Positions 23,479 to 36,929 of a stretch of DNA of 64,000 bases are shown in pieces. Source of the stretch: Amoebophrya sp. A120 (lineage: Eukaryota > Protista > Dinoflagellata). Below the pieces are notes generated by a model, which was given only the letters and a program-made list of their open reading frames with translations, made no database searches and was not told where the DNA came from. The DNA lies in assembly GCA_905178155.1 (NCBI GenBank), contig CAJINV010000002.1:10828634-10892633 (forward strand), given 5' to 3'. The translations under genes and the position numbers were made by a program. Within the stretch, counting starts at the first letter, position 1, and each line of letters begins with the position of its first letter.

Positions 23479-24939
23479 ATGGAAGACGAGAATGCCGTCG
23501 ACCCCGTTCTGCAACTGCAGCGGATCCGCGCCCAACGCGCGGCTGCCGCGGGCTGGTACCAGGCGCCAACCGCCGGCGGTGGGTGGCAGTGGAAGCACCG
23601 GGTTACCGGCCAAACCGTCCACAGCTCCCTTGACCCCGAGACGTTCGGGAACAAGGACGAAAAGAACAAAACGCAGACCTCGGAGAAGGCGAAAATTGCG
23701 CAGAAGCGCGAGGAGCTAATCGCGAAGCAAAAGCAGAAGGAGGAGGAGGACAAACTGTCGCGGCTCCCACCCGCCCTGCGAAAGCGACTGGAGGCGCGAG
23801 GGGTGATAAAAGCGGGCGGGGCCGCTCCGGCACCAGCTCCCGCGGCAAAGGCGGTGCAGAGCGACTCCGACAGTAGCGACGACAGCAGCGACGAAGAAGC
23901 AAAAAGGAAAAAGAAGCCCATGCTCCCCCCCGGGGGCGGGCCGGCGTCCAAGGTTCCGAAGGCCAAGCCGCCGACCGCTGCGGCGTCTGCCAGTGCGAAT
24001 CTGGATTTGGCGACCTCATTGCTGAAGAATGCGGCCGTAGCCGCCGCGAAGCAGGTCCTAGCCGCGCCCGACGAGGACACTTCCCTGGAAAACGAGCCGC
24101 TGCCGAAGGGCTGGGAGAAGGCCAAGCACGGCGACAAAGTGTATTACTGGAATCCGTTGACTGGCGAAACGACGTACACGCACCCCGCGGCGCGGAAAAA
24201 GGAAGAAAGCGACAGCGCGCACGCAAATGTGTCGTCGAAAAAGGACAGCGCGGACGTCGGCGGCCGGAAGATATTCACGGAGGAGGAAACCGTTCTCATT
24301 TGCGAGCAGGATTTAGGCCGCGTGATCGGGAAGCAGGGCGCGAACGTCCGGTTGCTGCAGGCGTGCTTGGGGGGGCGAGACGCCGCGCAGATCATCATGC
24401 CGAAGAAGCAGGACAAGCCGGACGCTGTCGCACTGAACGGGAAACCGGCGTTCACGGTGAAAATCCAGTCCGGATCGGCAGCTCTGTCGAAGAAGGGAAA
24501 AAATGCAATATCTCTGTTCATGACGGGCAGTCTGAAGAAAAAGATGGAGGAGTGCATCAAGCAGGCGGGCCTGAAGCTCGTAAAGCCCGAGCCGCCGAAG
24601 GGCAAACAGGCGGAGCCGGATGGCGGTGCCGCGCCAGGGGGGCCCGACGGAGCGCCGGCGGTTCCGGGTGGAGACCAGTCAAACAAAAGACCAAACGCGG
24701 ACCCGTTCAACAGCGCGGCAGCGTGGGCCGCGCAGCCAGGGGGTAGCGCGCCGAAACACGACCCGTTTGACGCTGCTGGCGCGTGGGCGAAGAGAGCGCG
24801 GAAACACGAGGACGCGAAGAAGAGCAACGTGGACCTGATGGATCCCTCGGCGTACTGTGATGCTCCGAAAGGTGGCTGGGGCACAGGTATGAAAAAGACG
24901 GAGCATGGCGACGACGTGGATTTCCATCAGTACAGATGA
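23479..24939 (+). CDS. PQBP1: PQBP1-like protein with WW domain(s) and a KH domain
   Basis: LPPALRKRLEARGVI resembles the PQBP1 N-terminus. WW domain PLPKGWEKAKHGDKVYYWNPLTGETTYTHP. KH GxxG loop GRVIGKQGANVRLLQ. C-terminal DLMDPSAYCDAPKGGWGTG resembles the PQBP1 DPMDPSSYSDAPRGTWSTG motif. Confidence 0.8.
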   Translation: MEDENAVDPVLQLQRIRAQRAAAAGWYQAPTAGGGWQWKHRVTGQTVHSSLDPETFGNKDEKNKTQTSEKAKIAQKREELIAKQKQKEEEDKLSRLPPALRKRLEARGVIKAGGAAPAPAPAAKAVQSDSDSSDDSSDEEAKRKKKPMLPPGGGPASKVPKAKPPTAAASASANLDLATSLLKNAAVAAAKQVLAAPDEDTSLENEPLPKGWEKAKHGDKVYYWNPLTGETTYTHPAARKKEESDSAHANVSSKKDSADVGGRKIFTEEETVLICEQDLGRVIGKQGANVRLLQACLGGRDAAQIIMPKKQDKPDAVALNGKPAFTVKIQSGSAALSKKGKNAISLFMTGSLKKKMEECIKQAGLKLVKPEPPKGKQAEPDGGAAPGGPDGAPAVPGGDQSNKRPNADPFNSAAAWAAQPGGSAPKHDPFDAAGAWAKRARKHEDAKKSNVDLMDPSAYCDAPKGGWGTGMKKTEHGDDVDFHQYR

Positions 24940-25920
24940 TAGGACTGCTCTGACATTAAGTATAACTTTCTGTGGACAATCGACATGGACAAAATAACGA
25001 AATAGCTCATGAAGTAGCGACCCAACCCCTAAGTTTGATACATGAGAGCGCACTGATTTCAAAGTGAGAAAGAATTTCTAGCAAAGTTCATGCGACCCGC
25101 TTGCCGTGCTGTTCAAGTTCAACTTGTTCCCCGGGACACACAGGGAGAATCATAAAGCGTCTGAACTTCTAATTCCCGCATTGTGTTTTTTCACGAGAGA
25201 GCTTCGGTTGCACGTCACCTTTTTTTCTTGTGCTTTTCTTGAGCGAGCCCGCGCTGAGCTCTGCACCGAGTTGATCCATTGTTTTTTCCAGCTATACAAC
25301 TCTGTCTTCCACGACACGAAGACCTGCTTGGTTCATCGTCATCGTGGTTCCTCCAAGGGACGCGGGCGGCAGAGATATCTTCAAAATCCATTTCCGTCGT
25401 AGTCAATCCTCCGCATCACAGGTTCCTTGCTCTCACATGTGCTTGTTGCGTACCACGCTAGCATCGTCTCATTTAGTATTTCGATAGGCCGCGTCCGCGT
25501 CGTGTCTTGTTCTTGTTGACCTTGCAGGTGCGCTTCTATAGCTATGACTAGCGTAAGTAATGACGATGAAGACGAGCCACATGCTCCTGTGACGTACATT
25601 CTTTCATGATGTGTGATTAGGAAGTTGTACGAGTCTGTGTCCAAGTTCGGGGGCGCCGCAATCTCCACTCGGCTAGTTTCTGCTGTGCTGTTCTCTTTTT
25701 GTGAATCTACGTCTGCGACACAGCAATTATTCTGTTTGTGCCGTGATTTGCATCTACTTTTTCTGTGAGACATCAACGAACTGTCGCTTTGACATCTGGT
25801 TTACAGTAGTCACAGCATGCAAGACAGATGAGCTATAATTAGAAGGCCACGATCCCGATCGTGGTCCTTTACCTTGCTTTGCTGAATTGCACGGTTGTAG
25901 TTCGACTCGTTTATCACGAC

Positions 25921-28900
25921 ATGTACTTGCGAGAAGTGGCGCCCGGTCCTTCGCGCCAGCAGCATGGGTCGCACGAGAAGCCGGGGCCTCTTTCGCCGGG
26001 TAATGATGTTGACATCGCGTCAGCGCCTCAGGCGTCTGACCCCAAGGCGAAAGACGATCCCGTGGCTGCTGCAAGTACGGGGATGCGACGTTTTGCAGCG
26101 GCTTCATCGTTGATGCTGGACGAAGGATCCATGGTGCGGACGAGTGCGAGCCCACTGTCCGTGACCGAGAGCATCCTCCTTGAGGAAGACGAGGATGCGG
26201 ATCTGTTGTCAAAATGGATGCGGGGTGAGGACTGCGACGCTGGTGCGCCAACCGGAAGCAGGACATCTCACCAGGACCACCACTTACAAGCCAGCCCCGC
26301 GACTTCCGAAGAGGCTTCACCCCCATCCGTCGTGCGCAGCGACGAGCCGCTTTCGCATCACAAGCCAGACCACATTGGAGAGGACCACGAGGAGACTGAC
26401 AATTTACGGCGCATTGACCCGACGGCAGGGCCAGAAATAAAGCAAAAAGAATCACCTGAAAGTAGTGCTGATCGCGCTCCACCTCGAGTCAAAAAAGCTG
26501 AGAGCTCTACGACATCCGCCTCTGGTACGTCCCCCACGCAGAGCAAACGGGAGCCAACTACCGCATCTGGTGCAACTGTTGATGTCACAAAGGGTGCGGG
26601 GTCATATGGTGCTGCCCCAGCCTACGCGCCGACGCTTCTAGAGCACAGTGACAAGAAAAGCGGCTTTCGCGGCGGCGCGATCAAGGCTTCATCTACCTCC
26701 AAGCACAAGCAGCCATCGTCACCCGTTGGAACTAAAGGTTCCATGCCGGAGCGCCCGTCGTCCAAGCCCTTCTCGTCGGTGACCGTTTCAACGAGCGGCT
26801 ATCTAAAGCCCATGCTGTCCCAATCTACCTTATCGAAGCTGATGCGCACGAAGGAACAGCAAAGCAGCATCCCGGTGTCGTCGTCTGCGTCGGCGGTGTC
26901 TGCGTCGGCGCTCTGGGAGGTGGACAAACGGGTCACTGAGACCGTGCCGACGGTGTCCAGGTGTTCGTCGATCAGAACGGACTACATCGTCGAGTCCAAC
27001 TTGTTACCCAGTATGCAACCAGGAATTCAGGTAAGAAGTGCTCATTGAATAGGTCTCTATGTGGATTGGGAGGGAAATAAAAACACAGCTACTTTGATGG
27101 TCGAAGGGAAGGTGAATAGGGTGCGGTCGGCAGGACAACACTGCAGTCCTGGCTAGCTGATTTTTCGACGAGTATGCCACATCGGTGTGCATGCCTTCGT
27201 CCATCATGGTATCACATAGTTTCTTCCATTCTCCACTTAAGTACAATGCGCCTCTACCACCCTCAGGTAGTGACCGGGTTTCGAAAACGGGACAACCTTC
27301 CCGTGATCATCAAGGCTCGCGCGAAGAAGCACTCCTTTGCGGGCAAGGACGAAGAGGTTCGGTGGGTGCAAAACACCGTCACGCTGATGCACTCCGCGGC
27401 CATGCAGTCGGCCGTGATCGTGAAGATTTTGGAGGTGCGCGAGTCGTCCAAGTCGTACTACATCGTGATGGAGCGGGCCCGCGGCGTGGACCTGTTCACC
27501 TACTTTTTGGCCGCGCAGAAGTACGCGTTGCGGCACAGCGGTCAACACGGCCCCACAACCGACGCCAAACTGGACGCCGACGCGGACCAGGTGGTCACGG
27601 CGGTGCAGGGCAGCGGCAGCACCGCAGCCATCATTGCGCCCGCGATCGAGCGCGTGCGGCAGGTCGCCTTCGAGGTGCTGCAGGGGATTTCCGTTTTTCA
27701 CCGATGTAATTTGGTGCATCGGGATCTGAAGTTGGAGAACATCGTGCTGCACGACAACATGACCCCGTGGGCCCGGTCCAGCCCGATGCGGTGCAGTTTG
27801 AAGTTAATCGATTTTGACACGGTCACTGAGGCGACGAACAACGCGATGCACGTGGTGGGCACCGATCAGTACATCGCGCCCGAGGCGTATTTGGGCGTGT
27901 TTTCCGAACTGACGGACGTCTTCTCCGTGGGCGTTTTGCTTTACAAACTCGTCACGTACCAGTTTCCGTTCCGCGAGGAGATTTTCGACGACGCACCGGA
28001 CGACAACAAGGCGGGAAGCCCGGCCATGGCCCGGATTCGCCAGCGCATGAAGTACGCGATCCGCAACATCGACTGGTCCCACGCTGACTGGACGGCGAAC
28101 CCCAACGCCGAAGATTTCGTGAAGAAGTGCCTCGCGTTTCTGCCGGCGCAGCGCATGAGCTGCCAGGTGGCGCTGCAGCACCCCTGGCTCGCGGATTACG
28201 TCGAGGAGCGAACGAACATGTCAGTTTCCCCGAGCGGGGTGGTTGGAACTGCAAGTGCGGGGAAAGACAAGGACGGTGCCGCGAAGGCTTCTGGTACGTC
28301 TGGTGCCGCAAGTGCAGGAGCATCTGCTACTTCGCCGGGAGTGCCAACCATGGGTCCAGATCAAGTTAGAGATGGAACGACGAGAAATAGCGATGCGGCA
28401 AAAGAATCAGAATTGGGTGATGCATCCTTGAAGGCTACAGGAAGTTTGATCGTGGAGCCAAAGCAGGAAGGGGTCAATAAAAAGGATCTGATAGCAAAGA
28501 CTGACTCGGAAGTCGCAGCGCTGAGAACGAGAGAAATATCAAGATCAGAGCCGACGACCACCGGGAAACATAAAGAGATCACAGACGATACAGCGACCAG
28601 CGAAAAATCTAGCGTGGAGGTTAATAAACACAAGAAGTCCCCGCCTGCAGCGCAGCAGCTTGGTGTCTCGCAAGTGTTGAAACGCGAGCTCTCCGGCGAT
28701 ATGCCGTTGTTTGACAAGGATCAAGATCCGATCATTGCACAGCGGGGTTCGTTCACGGGCAGCGAGGACAGTGTGGCACTCGACGACGACACCAAGAACC
28801 TCCTAGCCAAAGCGTTAGTTGCGCAGCTGGTCCCACCTGAGGCCGTGCTGCGGTCGCGCGAGCTGATGGGCGCTACCGGCGGGAAGGACGGCGCAACGGA

Positions 28901-31900
28901 GAGCAGCCAGAGTCCGCAGGAACGGATGCAGATCGCGTTCACCAGTCTTTACTCCCCCTCCTCGGCACAAAAATTGCGCACACTGCACAACCGCCTGAAA
29001 AAGTGTCAGTCCTCCGCCTCCTCGGCTTCCGGGAGCGTGCGCGGGGGCAGCGTGCGGGGGGAACGTGAGCGGCGGAATGGAGTCTGCCGGGGACTGGCAA
29101 ACAGTAGTGACAAGTTTGGTTCGGACAAGAACTTTCCACTGCAAGATGAGCGGGGCAGTAGCAATAATGCCGGCAGCAGCCATAACCCGCCGGACGGCAG
29201 TCCCTCGTCTGCGTCCTCCGACAAAGCGCCCGCGATTGGCACGCCCTCCTCCTCGCCCGAGATACCCACACGAACAGTTGAAAATAGCAGCAGCTACAAC
29301 AAGTTGGGCCACACACTGCTGCTGGAGAAGACGGTAAGTAACGTGCCCAGTATAATTCAGCAGCCCGACACGTTCGGAACGCCCTCGCCGTTTCCACGCC
29401 CAGTGTCGCGCTACTCGACCGGAGAAACTCACTCGGAAGCCGACTCCGAGTGGAATCCGTGGCGGGGAACCAGCAGTTCCTGTGGGTCTACCGCCAGCTG
29501 GTGGGCGACCAGCATGTGGCCCTCGGTGTACAACCAACATGGCCAACACGACTCTTCGGTCAGCCCCGGAAACATGAAGATTCGGCACTACAACCGGCGG
29601 TTCGGAAGTGGCGAATTCGCCGCGCCGGACACGGTCTCCGACACTCTGCGCAGTCCGATCCCGCGCCGCAACTCCCTGCCAACGGAAGAGGACGGGTTCA
29701 TTTCCGCCGCGGGCGGTGGAAGCGCCGGTGACAAGACGAGCGACAGTCGGCAAGGCGGGTCCAAGGCCAGCCGGTCGTCCTCCTCGCAGCAGGACGAGCC
29801 GACGCCGTTCCAGCGGCAGCTGGCGAGCATTCGACGGCTGCCGGCGGGCCGCGGGTCCGTGATGGCGCAGCTGTATGGGGGAAACAAGGAAGAGGAGCGC
29901 GGGCGGCTGTCCGCCACGTCCTCGCCGCCCGGGAGCATACTCGGCGGGGGGTCCAGCAGGGATCAGGCGTCGGGATCGTACCAGCACTTCAAGATCCAGA
30001 ACGCACCGCCGTCGCACGACACGCTGGACAGCCGCGGCACCAGCTACAGCCATACGCTGTCGTCCTCTCTGATGACGAAGAACAGCACCGGGGGAGCACC
30101 GCAAACCGAGACAACGGAGTCGAGGGATCTGGTTTCCACCGTACAGTTACGGCGGAACGAGACCGAAGAAATCCTGGAGAGGCAAGCGACGAAGTATTCG
30201 GATGACAATTTTGGTGACCACCAGCAGATTTTGCAGAGTGGTCGCACGACGTTCCGGATCAATCCAAAGTTGCACGGTAAAAAGAACGGTGGCACAGCTG
30301 CAACAGTCAACCGGGCGATTAGCGCCAGCACCGCCGGCGCCACGGGGCAAGTCACTTCCAGTCGCAGCACGGCGTCCACGCCTCTGTTCAAGGAGACGAG
30401 CGGGCTCAGCGACCTACCCAATAAATTGAAACACGGTAAGGAAGTGAAGCGGGCGCCCCTGAGCAGCGAGGCCGAGGAAATTTCCAAAATGTCGAAGACG
30501 CCTTTGAGTCGTCTGGCGTTGCGCAGGTTCGAGATTCTGTCTGCGTACCGCAAGCGCACCCGGGAGTCCAACGTGCAGGAGTGGCTGCGCAACCTCGCGC
30601 ACGACGCCATTGCCCACGCGGATCGAAACGTGATCACAGAAACCGTGGGCGGCAGCGGTCCCGCGTCTAGTTCAAACTCTTCTGACACGCCCCGCGGAGC
30701 AGGCTTCCCCCGCGGACCTACCATCATCGCGCGCGCACCGTCCGGTCTTGTTGTGCCCAAGGAGCACAGTATGACGGGTGGCATGGCCGTGATCACGGAA
30801 GTGTCTGAGGAGACCGACCAATCTCCCCATCTCTCGCACCAGGACACCAAGAGCACCGCAGGACAGCTCTCCAAGCAGGTGAGCGCGGTGGATCAGGAAG
30901 TGATAGAAAGCAGGCTTTACGGAACAACTGGAAATACGACCATACCGCTTCGAAATCGCAGCGGGTTGGCTCCTTCGTTCATGTCGCCCTTGCACGTTGC
31001 GCTGCCGCACAACGTGCCGCCGCTAGCGCAGGACGGCCGCGTGCGCTCGCGCTCGATGTCCACGGACGTTGTCGGGGTCGGCCCCGGCGGAAAGCCCCAC
31101 CTCGCGGTATACGGTGGCGCGGCGGCAGAAGTCCCGACTGTGCCAAAAGTCAGCGACGAGTTTGTGTTGCGCCAGCAGTCCGGACCCGCGCGGCACGGTT
31201 CCGGGGATCAGCCTGACCGCGAGGATGACGGAGACTCGACTTACGTGCAGAGTAGTGTCAACAACATGCGCATGTCTGGGTCCGACCGAATCGCAAACGC
31301 GACTAAGGACAGGGAGAAGAGAGGAAATCGGCAGTATCCGCCCATGAAACTTTCCTCCAGCGGGCACAGCAGTTCCTACTTTCCCGAGAGCAGTGGTGGC
31401 GCACCGAATGACAGCGGCACCGACCAGGCCAGCTCCGCCGTTCCGCACGTCGACGGGGAGCGCAGCTCGTTCGGGTCGCACAAGTCGGGAGGTACGTCTT
31501 CGGAGATCTGCCAGAGTTGGGACGTTTTTTGCAGCGCGGAGGCGCGCGACTTGGCGGTTCCCGGCGCGCTGAATGCGGAGCACAGCGGTCACAGCAGCAG
31601 CAGCGCGATCCATCCGGCAGCGAACCTGCTGGTAAACCCGTCCATGGGTCCGAACGTGAACAACCGCGTTCTGAACAAGCAAGTCTCCAACGGCCGTATA
31701 GGCCTGGTGGAGTTCGAAGAGGACGACGCCGAAAACTACGACGTGCTACCTGACGCCCTCCTGTGCTCCACCGACCGCATTGTCGTTGCCGCGCCCAAGT
31801 CCAATGAGAGCGAGGAGGGGGGGGGACAACTCCTCGCGCCGAGGAGTTCGTCGTCCGGGAGCAAAGAGGACTTTCTTCTGGCCGTCAAGGTGCCTTCGAA

Positions 31901-34900
31901 AACGGATAGCAGGACGAGCTCCGGGGACGCTGGATCGGCTGAGCAGGGAGGCGCGGCGACGCGCGCGAGCGAGAAAGTTCACCAAGATTCACGTGCGCGA
32001 GGGCCTCTCCTCGCCTTGCAAGAAAAGTCTCATCACATCGAAGCGACAGGAGTTTCCTCCTCCGAAGAAAATTCACATCGCGAGTCGGTGGACCAGTTCC
32101 CGATGCACGACACGGTGTCCGCCCTTTTCCTGCGCGACTCATTGTCTGCCTCGCTGGACGAACAAACTTCGATGTCGCAGTCGGTGACACCCCGGGGAAT
32201 GCCTTCCAACCAAACGGTCGCGACCAGCTCGGCGGCGTCTGGAACGAGCAGCCGGAGCAGTTCCGCCTCCAGCAAAAAGTTGCACGGCGGGACTGCAGAA
32301 CGGCCTTCGCCGCCAACGACCACCCCACCCGGGACAACCATGGGCACGTTCCTCAGTCAAAGCGTCCTGGAGGAACAAACGAGTACAGGTTCGCTGCAGC
32401 CGTCGTCGCACCAATTTTCCTTGTTTGGGCAACCGCTGGCGAACGTGCCCGAGGAAACCACCAGCTCGGACACCGGTAGCTCTCCGAAGCTATCGCGAAA
32501 CGCGTCCAACAACAGGTCGCTCCCCGTCACGGGCCTGGTTCCGGACAGTTTGCGCATGGAAGCGTACCTGCATTCGTCGTTGCGCGCAAGTTCCGGCAGC
32601 GACTCATCTTCGCGCTCTCTGTCCAGTAAGAAGCTGAAACTGGCGTCCCCTCTGGGGGCTTCTTCCTCGCCGCACCAGCGCGGTAGGAAGCTCACGGACG
32701 ACGGACTCGCCAGTGCTTCGGCGGAAGAGAGGAGCACGCCGCGGGCGGCCTTGATTTCGCACATTCTGCATTCTTCCGATAGCGACCGGGCGAATTCCAC
32801 ATCGGAAACCGAAATGGGTTCCCATGAGTTACCAGTACCAATGCACCGACCAAAGTCTGCGTCCACCCCCGAGTGTGGCACATTCCCCATTCTGGAGAAT
32901 AATCATGACAGTGCCTCGGACCCCTCCTTGGGGGCAACTCTTTCGCAGAGCGCGCCGGCGGAGGTACTAGTGCCTACCCAATCCGTGCGCCGGGCAGTAT
33001 CCCTGCCCACTACAGGAGAACAAACAGAGGAAGAGATGAAGGCCACGACGGGTTTATCTATTCCAGACGGCAGCGTGCGGACGCTGCAGGTCGAAACGGG
33101 GTCCAATCGCTCGACGTCGTCCCAGAATAATTCTGACGGGGACGATTTGTCCTCTCTGGACGGAGACCAGCGGGAGCTGCTGCTACAGCTGCTCGACGAC
33201 GACGACCTCGGCTTCGGCAAGCTGCTGGCGATGGCGGAAGAGGAGGTGGCCAATCCCTACCGGACGCCGCACGGGTTCCGCAACCCGGAGACCGGGGAGG
33301 TGGCGCAGCTACGATTACTGGAGGAGTTTTCGGCCTCGGACGATGACGATGCTTCAGCACTGGCCAGTGACGAAGAGATCGAGTCTTCCAACGCGAGGGG
33401 GCCCGATGATCGCGGTCCCGCGTCCGTCGACAATTACCTGCACAGCGATGTTGATCAGGACGATGAAGAGGAGAATTCCATTCTGCTGGCGACGCATCGT
33501 AGAAAGCTTGCGCAATCGTCGGCCAGCGCTGTGAGTGACAGCAGCAGCGCTCAGCTTTCCTCCGAGCAGCGATCGCGCGGCCGGCTGGTTCGAGACGAGC
33601 GAGCACTTGTTGACCCGCAGGAGATATCACTTCAAATCAACACGACCGAGGACGAAGCACGCGTCAACACACAAGAGCCGACGATTCTGGCTCGGGCAGT
33701 TGCGGACCGGACGGATACCATTGCCAGCGCGCCGCCGGTAATGGCCGAAGTTGTGGATGTGGCGTCTTCAAAAGATCAGGCCTCTGCCGAGGTGGCCGCA
33801 ATGGTTCCACAACAGATAATCAACAAGACACCGCGCAAGACAGAAACCGGATTATTGCAGCTATTCAAGCATCATGATATCATCATCGAGGAAAACACCA
33901 AGGTTGGAAACGCTCCGCACGAAATTCAACCTAGCAGCGCCGCTACGACGTCACTCGCACCGCCCCAACCGGAGGCGAGTAAGTCCGGCGAGACTCCTGC
34001 TGCAGGAATGACTTCCTCGGCCCTCAGCAACAGCCGGCGGACGGTGTCGGGTCCACGCCTCGCGTCGCGCCGCCACTCGGAAATCCTGCGCCAGACGCCC
34101 TTGCCGCCACAAATGGGGGATATCAGCAGTCCGCAAGCTCCTGAAGTGGCGCCGCTCCCCCCCGAGGTGCTGGATTCGGCGCTGCGGCTCGAGCACGTGC
34201 TGGGGATCGGTCAGGACCACCTTCTGTCCGCATCAACCGGCGGATTCTCTTCCTCAAGCAAGAGCTTCCGGCGATCGTCGACCGGCGGGTTCGCGGGGTT
34301 GAAAGAGCCAAAGGTGCGCACCAGCTTTCACGTCTTGTCCAAGGAAAAGACGCCGGATAACAAGAGTCCGGTGAACGAGAAAACGCCGCCAGGTGGCAGT
34401 AAAATGCAGGTGTTGGGGGCGCCAACCGCGCCGCGCGCGCAACAGCGGGGCTCGCACCCACCAACTAGCTACACCGCGCCCCCGGTATCGGGTATAGAAA
34501 CGGACGAACAGAGGAGCTTCAGCGTGCCGAGTATCGTCGGGATGGAGACCCGGCGCATGAGCCGAAACAGCATCTCGAACAATTTGAACGCTACCACTTC
34601 CAGCCGGCCCAGCTACCATTCCACCACCACGGGCACCGACGGCGAGCAAAATCTCGAGGCCATCCAGTTGCGCGATGACAACGTGAGTCAGTTGCTCGCG
34701 AGTGCCGCCGGGAAACTGGGGAAGCAGGTTGCCGACGAGATGAAGAGATCCGCGGCCCGGAAGCACCGACGCCACTCGGGCGTCGGGGCGGCGGTGCCGT
34801 TGTTCACGGCACAGCAGAACAACAACGTGCCGGGACCAAACACAACAAACACTGCGCTGCCGGCCGCGCCTTTCAACATTCAACAACACGGCGAAAATAA

Positions 34901-36929
34901 CCCTTTGCGACGCTACATCAGCGTGCGAGCCGGGGAGGTCAACGAAAAGGCTTCTCTCACGGAGGAAGAGCGGTCCGCGTCCGCGGAAATGAAGGGAAGT
35001 ATTAACGTTGCCGGCGGTGTCATATCCGCAGCTACTGGAGGAACAACTGCGCCGGAGAGAAAAAAATCCAAGGGAAAGCTACTGGCCTCGTATCTGCGGT
35101 TGATGGCAACGCGAAACAACGAGTCTGGTGCAGAAGTTGTGCCTGGCGAAACACAAGATGTCAGTTTGAGCAGCAAAGACGTCAGCAAAGATCATGCCAC
35201 GCCCACGGGGGGACCTCCGAGTAGCGGTGTCACCAACAACGGCCGGGATCGTCGCCCCATTGAGCGGATTCGAAAGAATCGCAAGTATCGGGAGCTGATT
35301 CGCGACATCGACGTGGATTCGTCGACGTCAACGCTGACGGCCCCACCGCAGCAGCCCACGCAGCACCCGGCACAAAGTTCCGAGGAGAGCGCAAACTCTC
35401 CGCGCGACGATCCCGCGGTGGCGCGCAGCGAGGAACAAAATGACACGTCTGAAACACAGCCGGCGTCCAGCGACGCCGGTATTGGTACGACGGCAGAGCG
35501 GGAGCGGTTGACGAGTGCGGCGTCGGAGAGTGCAGGTAAGGAAAGTGTCATGATTTCGGAGAAAGCAGCCTGTGTTGAACAACGGAAGACCACGGATGGA
35601 GCTGTGGAGACGAGCGCCGACAAAAAGAGTGAGGACGCCGTCGTGAAGCTGGACCAAATTCCGCCGGAAAGTACAATTCTGGTTGAAACGGTTTCGCCTG
35701 AACCTGAAGAACCAGAGGGCGCTCCTATCGGATTCGTACCGGCGGTAGGCAGTGCGGCGCATGCGGTCGAGGGCAGCTACACAGAAAGGGGAACCACAGG
35801 TCTGATCGCTCCTGAGAGCAGTACAAGTGGACGCACATCCCCAACAGCGTCTACGGTTACTACAGGACCGAAAGCAAGCGCGGGTGGACTCCCAGATGAT
35901 GCGAAAGAAACCATTGAAGACGAGAGCCATCATCTTCGCGCAGGTCCTGTTCTCATGTCAGGAACAAGCGGTGACAAAACCGTTAATCTTTCGGGGGGCC
36001 CACGTGCGCGGGCTCTGGAGGCAAAGCTGGACAAGCTGCTGCACAGCAAAGACCGGCTTCTCGGTTCGCGTCGGACATCTGAAGCGTCCCGATCTTCGCG
36101 AGGGACCCGCCGCACCTCGTCTGTGGGGGCGTCTCGTCGCGCCTCCGAGAACAATTCCAACAGCCCGTTCGCCTCGAAGGGTGTGCTACGCTCGCCCAGC
36201 GCCAATTTCTCTTCGTCTCGTCGTCGCACGCGCAGTTTGCCCGCGTACCTATCTCCGCGCCGACAGACGAGCCTGCGGTGGCACTCGAATGTTGGAGGAG
36301 AGGACGACTTGGCGAGAAAGGTGAAGACGCGCATCCAGCGGATCAAGAGAGCAGCGCCCGCACCCGCGACGTCAAAATACACGTCGGGAAACCGACCGAG
36401 GCTGAGAAAACCACTCGGCACGCAGTCTGCCCCGTCCTCGCCAAACGCGATCCAGTCGCCTGTCGACACCGAGACTGTCGCCTTGTCGCAGGACGCGCTG
36501 AGTCGGTCGCAGCGGACCGGATCCGCGGAGGGGCAGGACGTGGAGACCCGGAGCCAGGCCTCCGTCGCGTTGAGCAACCACAGCTTGCGCAGTAGCAGGA
36601 GCAACGAGGTGGTGGAGGAGAAGTTGCGCGAATACATTCTCGAGAATCTAGGCACCAACGAAATGGCCCAGTTCTCGGGGTCCAAAAGGGACGCTGGCGT
36701 GGTGGAGGCGTATGACCAGCAGTCGGTAACTGCGAGCGGCCCGGCAGATTACACGGGCACGTACAAAACCGCAGCGAGCAAAAAGGGCATGCAACGACTT
36801 TTGCGGAAATTTTTGAAAAGTTTGACCAAAATCAGCCACGCACCCAAGGACCGGCAGCGCCAAACCTTTCCCCTACCGCAAGCCGGCGCCTCCGCGGCGG
36901 ACGGGCCCAGAAAAAATCCTCGCACGTAA
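25921..36929 (+). CDS. Very large (~3590 aa) CAMK-like Ser/Thr protein kinase with a ~2900-aa low-complexity tail
   Basis: Exons 25921-27030 and 27267-36929, phase-0 GT-AG intron. Motifs VIIK, YYIVME, HRDLKLEN, KLIDFD, VGTDQYIAPE, DVFSVGV, QRMSCQVALQHPWL. Confidence 0.85.

Noticed and set aside
2010-36685. Long antisense and alternative-frame ORFs (e.g. 2010-3125, 21420-22655, 28815-30104)
   Set aside because: Shadows of GC-rich sense-strand coding sequence; no motifs.
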